A stretch of 34,798 nt of DNA from a bacterium (lineage in GTDB: Bacteria > Electryoneota > Electryoneia > Electryoneales > Electryoneaceae), in NCBI GenBank assembly GCA_043801585.1, contig JAZDLX010000107.1, positions 1-34,798 of the forward strand, in the 5' to 3' direction. Below are positions 30,399 to 34,798 of this stretch, piece after piece. Below the pieces are notes generated by a model. The model did not search any database and was not told the origin of the DNA. It saw nothing but the letters and a program-made list of their open reading frames with translations. The position numbers were made by a program, and so were the translations under genes. The stretch's first letter is position 1. The number at the start of each line of letters is the position of its first letter.

Positions 30399-30665
30399 CG
30401 AAAATCCCCGAATAATCGACGGATTTCCCCTGTTTCCGCAATTGTTACACTGCGCAGGCGAAACCGTAATGTTCATTGGAAGTCGTCTCCCTGCGGCTCG
30501 CAGGGCATGGATACGCGGTTTACGAGCCACAGGCTTCATGGTAACTTAGTCCTTCAGAAACACGTGCGCGACCTTTAGACGATGTATCAGGGTGCTCGAT
30601 CCGAGACCGATTGAGACAGTCACAGTGCGCACGCTCAAACAAACGACGGGACGAAACAAAGCGCT

Positions 30666-31727
30666 ATGGCACTTAACGAAAAGCAGATCGAGGACTTGCT
30701 GAAGCAGGTCAAGTACCCTGGCTTCAGCCGAGATATTATCTCCTTCGGAATTGTGCGGACGATCCAGGCGGAGGGAAGCCAGGTAACGATCAACCTGGAG
30801 TTTTCAACCAGCGACGAATCGATCTCGGGAAAAGTTCGCGATGATATCACTTCCCTGCTGAAAGAAAACGGCATCGATTCAGTCACCGTGGAAGTCGAGC
30901 ACAAGAATCCCCAGGCTCAGCACGAAGAACGGGGGAAAAACAAGCCGGTCGATGATCTTCTCCCTTCGGTGAAGCACATCATCGCGGTCGCCTCCGGCAA
31001 GGGGGGGGTTGGCAAATCCACGATCGCCGCGAACCTCGCCATTGCCCTTGGAAAACGTGGGCTGAACGTTGGCCTTCTGGACGCTGATATCCATGGGCCT
31101 TCCGTCCAGATGCTGCTCGGACTCGGAGACGAACCCGAAGCTGCCGAAGAAGCCCGCAAACTGAGGCCGATGACCGCTTTCGGTATCAAAGCAATGTCCA
31201 TGGGGGTGCTGGTGGACGGCGACACCCCTCTCGTCTGGCGCGGCCCGATGGTCTCATCCGCGGTGGAACAGTTGATGCGGGACGTCGTCTGGGGTAATCT
31301 GGACATCCTTGTGCTCGATATGCCTCCGGGCACCGGCGACATTCAACTGACCGTCGCCCAGAAGGTGAAGCTTGACGGCGCGGTGATCGTTACCACACCT
31401 CAGGAACTGGCGTTGATCGATGCACGCAAGGGAATCGCCATGTTCAAGAAGTTGGAGGTGCCGGTGCTCGGGCTGGTCGAGAACATGTCCTATTTCCTCG
31501 CCCCCGACACTGGAAAACGGTACGAGATCTTCTCCTCCGGGGGAGCACGCCGGGAAGCGCTTCGCCAGCGCGTGCCATTCCTGGGCGAAATTCCACTGCT
31601 TCCTGCAATCCGTGAAGGTTCAGATACCGGAAAACCGGTTGCCGCAACGGATAATCCCGTGAGTAAGATTTTTGACAAAATTGCTGAATCGGTCTGGAAC
31701 GGCATTCTGATCAGCAGCGAATCCTGA
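30666..31727 (+). CDS. apbC: Mrp/ApbC/NBP35-family ATPase with N-terminal DUF59-like domain; contains no cysteine
   Basis: ASGKGGVGKST, DADIHGPS, WRGPM, DMPPGTGD, VTTPQ, VENMSYF. Confidence 0.95.
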   Translation: MALNEKQIEDLLKQVKYPGFSRDIISFGIVRTIQAEGSQVTINLEFSTSDESISGKVRDDITSLLKENGIDSVTVEVEHKNPQAQHEERGKNKPVDDLLPSVKHIIAVASGKGGVGKSTIAANLAIALGKRGLNVGLLDADIHGPSVQMLLGLGDEPEAAEEARKLRPMTAFGIKAMSMGVLVDGDTPLVWRGPMVSSAVEQLMRDVVWGNLDILVLDMPPGTGDIQLTVAQKVKLDGAVIVTTPQELALIDARKGIAMFKKLEVPVLGLVENMSYFLAPDTGKRYEIFSSGGARREALRQRVPFLGEIPLLPAIREGSDTGKPVAATDNPVSKIFDKIAESVWNGILISSES

Positions 31728-31750
31728 CGAAGACACAGAAGAGGTTTTCC

Positions 31751-32062
31751 ATGGCTGCCATAGTGACAGAAGAACGGGTGTTGGATGCGCTTCAGGAAGT
31801 CATCGACCCCGAACTCAATATCAGCATCGTCGATCTTGGGCTGGTTTATAGCACCACGATTAACGATGACAACGAAGTGCATGTATTGATGACACTTACG
31901 ACGATGGGATGCCCGATGGGTGAATCCATCGCCAAAGACTCGGAGCAGGCTGTGATGGCGATCGAGGGGGTGAAGGATGTCCTCATCGAAATCACCTTCG
32001 AACCTCCGTGGGACATCAACATGATGTCCGACTTCGCCAAAGACCGGCTCGGGTTGGGATGA
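31751..32062 (+). CDS. sufT: DUF59 / SufT metal-sulfur cluster assembly factor
   Basis: L..V.DPEL.ISIVDLGLVY, MTLTTMGCP, FEPPW...MMSD; AGAGG RBS. Confidence 0.92.
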   Translation: MAAIVTEERVLDALQEVIDPELNISIVDLGLVYSTTINDDNEVHVLMTLTTMGCPMGESIAKDSEQAVMAIEGVKDVLIEITFEPPWDINMMSDFAKDRLGLG

Positions 32063-32367
32063 TGAGCGACGATCCTCTTTCGCAGGCCCTGGAATCCGGG
32101 GATGACCCTTACGGCACGCCACCGGCGCAATCCGTGCTCAAGACGCTTTTCAAAGGCGCACACCCCGAACTTCTCGCGGAAGCAACCGCCATATTCCTCG
32201 AACGGCTGACCCTGCTGGAAATGTACCTTGAGCAGGAGATGAATCTGGAAATCGGCCAGAAGGAACTTGAGCGGTTTCGCAACAGCCGAGCCGACGACAT
32301 CGCCCTTGAGACCGCACGAATGGCTCAGTTGTTCTACGGAAAGATCGCAACACGCGAAGGCGGATAA
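32059..32367 (+). CDS. Small acidic helical protein resembling DUF2018 (H. pylori HP0242-like)
   Basis: ATGA overlap with the sufT stop indicates translational coupling. GTP....L.TLF.G.....FLERLTLLEMYLEQE...GKIATRE matches my recollection of the DUF2018 pattern. Confidence 0.6.
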   Translation: MMSDDPLSQALESGDDPYGTPPAQSVLKTLFKGAHPELLAEATAIFLERLTLLEMYLEQEMNLEIGQKELERFRNSRADDIALETARMAQLFYGKIATREGG

Positions 32368-32795
32368 TGAAAAAACGCGCAAGCACTGTTGGGAAAAACC
32401 AACACCCTCTTTCTGAGACCCGTGCCGAAACCCAACCATGGACGGTAAGCTCCCGGTCGGATCGGTGAATTCAGCACCCCGAATTCCGATTGTCTCGCTG
32501 TTGCAGAAAAAGGATGCACCGATCGCTTTGGAACTCGTTGGAGCAGCTGCGGGACAGGAAATAATCGCCGGAACCATTGATGTTTTCCGGTATCTCTGTT
32601 TGAACCGATTTCCATCCTGAATATCAAGAGACAGCGTCACTGGCCATTGGAAAGTCCTGTCCGACCCTCTCCGTCTGACTCCATCGCAGCTTTGCCGAAT
32701 TGAGCATCTGCCTTCGGTTTCGTACCTTCCGGTTCCGTAATCCACGCGGCGCCCGTCGAGGCGCCGCGCGTCATGATGAAGAAAAGGATGGACCC

Positions 32796-34046
32796 ATGAC
32801 CGCCGCCGCGGAAACAGCAACCGCTCCGGTCTATTTCGACAACGGCGACAGCACACCGATGCTGCCGGAGGTACTCGAGGCGATGCTGCCCTGGTTCACC
32901 TCCTCCTGGGGCAATCCGGCCTCGCTCCATCAGCTTGGCCTCGCCGCCGAGGAGGCGCTCGATTCCGCACGGGGATCCCTCGCGGAATCGCTCGGCTGCA
33001 CGGATCAGGAAATTGTCTTTACATCCGGCGCCACCGAGGCGAACAACCTCGCCCTTTCCGGGCTTCGCGTCCAGCATCCGGATAAACGCCATGTTGTGAT
33101 CAGTCCCGTCGAACACCCAAGCGTCCGCAACCTCGTCAAGACCTGGGCAAAACGGAGTGACGTTGAGGTGACGGAACTTCGCGTGGATGGCGAGGGGCGG
33201 GTCGATCCGGAAAGCCTGCGTGAATCGCTGCGTGACGATACCCTGGTCGCCTCGATCATCCACGGCAACAACGAGATCGGCATAATTCAGGACTTGAGTA
33301 CGCTCAGCGAAATCTGCCACGAACGTGGCGTGCTGCTTCATTCAGACATGGCCCAGTCTTTGGGCAAGGTCCCGCTGAACCTTTCGGACCTCCCGGTCGA
33401 TCTGGCCAGCTTCAACGCCCACAAAACCCACGGCCCGAAAGGGATTGGCGCCCTCTATGTGCGGAACCGGATGAAGCTTCGCCGAATCATGGAGGGAGGC
33501 CCCCAGGAATTCAACCTCCGCCCCGGCACCGAAAACGTCCCCGCGATCATTGGTTTTGCCAAGGCCGCGGAGGTCGCCGCGCGGGACATGGATACCTTTG
33601 TTCCCGAGATCAACGCCCTGACAAAACGGCTTGCCGACAACCTGCTGGCGATGGATCACGTCCGGTTGAACGGCCCGCAGATAGGCTCTCCGGACCGCCT
33701 TCCCGGAAACCTGAGCGTCACCTTCCGTTACATCGAGGGGGAGGCGATACTGATGTCGCTGAATTATGCGGGGATCTACGTATCTTCTGGATCTGCATGC
33801 AGTTCGCGGTCGCTTGTTCCGAGCCATGTGCTCACCGCGATCGGGCTGTTGCACGAGGAGGCGCACGGCTCGATACGCTACACCCTCGCCCGCCAGAACA
33901 CCGTAGAGGAGGTGGACCGTGCGGTGTCGGAAACGAAAAAGGCTGTGGAACGGCTGCGGGCAATGACCGCGTTTATCCCGGAAGAGCACAGCGAGCGCGA
34001 GAGTGACCACGCCAAGACGTTTTATAAAAAGCGGGACGACGCATAA
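32796..34046 (+). CDS. iscS: Cysteine desulfurase, class I (IscS/NifS/MisS type)
   Basis: GNPASLH, FTSGATEANN, EHPSV, NNEIG, PLP lysine in AHKTHGPKG, catalytic SSGSACSS, PSHVL.AIG; ATG at 32796 with AAGGA/GGA upstream. Confidence 0.95.
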   Translation: MTAAAETATAPVYFDNGDSTPMLPEVLEAMLPWFTSSWGNPASLHQLGLAAEEALDSARGSLAESLGCTDQEIVFTSGATEANNLALSGLRVQHPDKRHVVISPVEHPSVRNLVKTWAKRSDVEVTELRVDGEGRVDPESLRESLRDDTLVASIIHGNNEIGIIQDLSTLSEICHERGVLLHSDMAQSLGKVPLNLSDLPVDLASFNAHKTHGPKGIGALYVRNRMKLRRIMEGGPQEFNLRPGTENVPAIIGFAKAAEVAARDMDTFVPEINALTKRLADNLLAMDHVRLNGPQIGSPDRLPGNLSVTFRYIEGEAILMSLNYAGIYVSSGSACSSRSLVPSHVLTAIGLLHEEAHGSIRYTLARQNTVEEVDRAVSETKKAVERLRAMTAFIPEEHSERESDHAKTFYKKRDDA

Positions 34047-34050
34047 AAGG

Positions 34051-34141
34051 GGATCAAAAGTGACAGTTACTTTTGATTGCAAAAATTTCCGTCTCTACTC
34101 CTGTTGAGTTCGTCATCAAAAGTAACTGTCACTTTTGATCC
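34051..34141. repeat. Perfect 27-bp inverted doublet of self-palindromic units (REPIN-like) between iscS and iscU
   Basis: ggatcaaaagtgacagttacttttgat (34051-34077) is the exact reverse complement of atcaaaagtaactgtcacttttgatcc (34115-34141). Confidence 0.85.
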
Positions 34142-34220
34142 ACAGAAAGCGGGAATACGACCCTCCAAAGGGAAATAAGTTGAATCTGTAACTTTATTTG
34201 TAAGGGAAAGGCAAGCCGTC

Positions 34221-34798
34221 ATGGCGATCAAGTACAGCCAGAAAGTGATCCAGGAATTTACCAACCCGGCGAATGTGGGCGACATCGACAACGCCAACGC
34301 CCGGGCAACGGAAGGCTCCGCGGCGTGCGGAGACATGATCACCTACTCCCTGGTGATCAATCTGGAAACGCACGTCATCGAGGAGATCAAGTTCCGCTCC
34401 TACGGTTGTGCCTCGAACATCGCCACGGCTTCCATGGCGACGAAAATCGCCAAAGGCCGCACTATCGAAGAAGTGAAGAAACTCAGCCCGAAGGTGGTCA
34501 CCGAACAACTCGAGGGACTCCCTGCGGTGAAGATCCACTGCAGCGTACTGGCGATCAACGGGCTCAAGTCCGCAATTCGCCAGTGGGAGATTGAAAACGG
34601 CCTGATAGAGGTTCCGACAGAGACGAAAGAAATCACCCGTGACCATATTCTCGAAACGTTGCGCAATGTGATCCATCCCGAAACCGGGGTGAACCTCGTC
34701 AAGATGAACATGATCCGTGATATCGTCATCGACGGCCCCACCGTCTACGTCGAACTGCTGATGGGCGAGACCGAGGAGATGTATTACGAGAACATCGA
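34221..34798 (+). CDS. iscU: IscU/NifU-N Fe-S scaffold fused to a C-terminal DUF59-like domain (partial; runs off the window; absent from the ORF track)
   Basis: Hand translation: MAIKYSQKVIQEFTNPANVG...GSAACGDMI...SYGCASNIATAS...GLPAVKIHCSVLA..., then ITRDHILETLRNVIHPETGVNLVKMNMIRDIVIDGPTVYVEL; AAGGGA upstream. Confidence 0.93.
   Translation, partial: MAIKYSQKVIQEFTNPANVGDIDNANARATEGSAACGDMITYSLVINLETHVIEEIKFRSYGCASNIATASMATKIAKGRTIEEVKKLSPKVVTEQLEGLPAVKIHCSVLAINGLKSAIRQWEIENGLIEVPTETKEITRDHILETLRNVIHPETGVNLVKMNMIRDIVIDGPTVYVELLMGETEEMYYENI

Noticed and set aside
32356..32367. C-terminal Gly-Gly of the small ORF as a ThiS/MoaD-type sulfur-carrier tail
   Set aside because: The sequence looks all-helical rather than beta-grasp and no ThiF/MoeB activator is nearby; kept only as a side note.
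32622..32670. TATCAAGAG...ACTGGCC upstream of the cysteine desulfurase, resembling the start of a SAM-I riboswitch
   Set aside because: It lacks the GAGGGA kink-turn segment, GCAACC, GGTGC and a closing P1 strand; only two short words match.

Overview
GC-rich bacterial chromosomal segment of mostly housekeeping genes. An FCB-superphylum organism is inferred from a short RpoD-type sigma factor lacking region 1.1 and a secreted peptidase with a 'YPNPFNPST' C-terminal sorting domain. Left part: ferredoxin, Ca2+/Na+ antiporter, HAD hydrolase, dnaG and a small membrane protein (+); glutamine synthetase-family gene, ndk, hbd and a degenerate CysC-like gene (-); a HAL2-type PAP phosphatase (+). Middle: a ~20 kb minus-strand run of hybrid histidine kinase, ftcD, M29 aminopeptidase, RimJ-like GNAT, DUF72, M36/M4 peptidase, copZ-copA, three tandem EamA transporters, a TolB-like propeller, a DegP-type protease and the sigma factor. 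Right end: a plus-strand Fe-S biogenesis locus (cysteine-free Mrp/ApbC, SufT/DUF59, a DUF2018-like protein, IscS, and an IscU-DUF59 fusion cut by the window edge and missing from the ORF track). Several families of short intergenic palindromes (REP/REPIN-like) recur. I found no CRISPR array, tRNA, rRNA, transposase, phage or defence genes. The best candidates for something undescribed are the unusual Fe-S locus, the P-loop-dead CysC-like protein and the palindromic doublet repeats. All family calls come from motif recognition by eye, not database searches.
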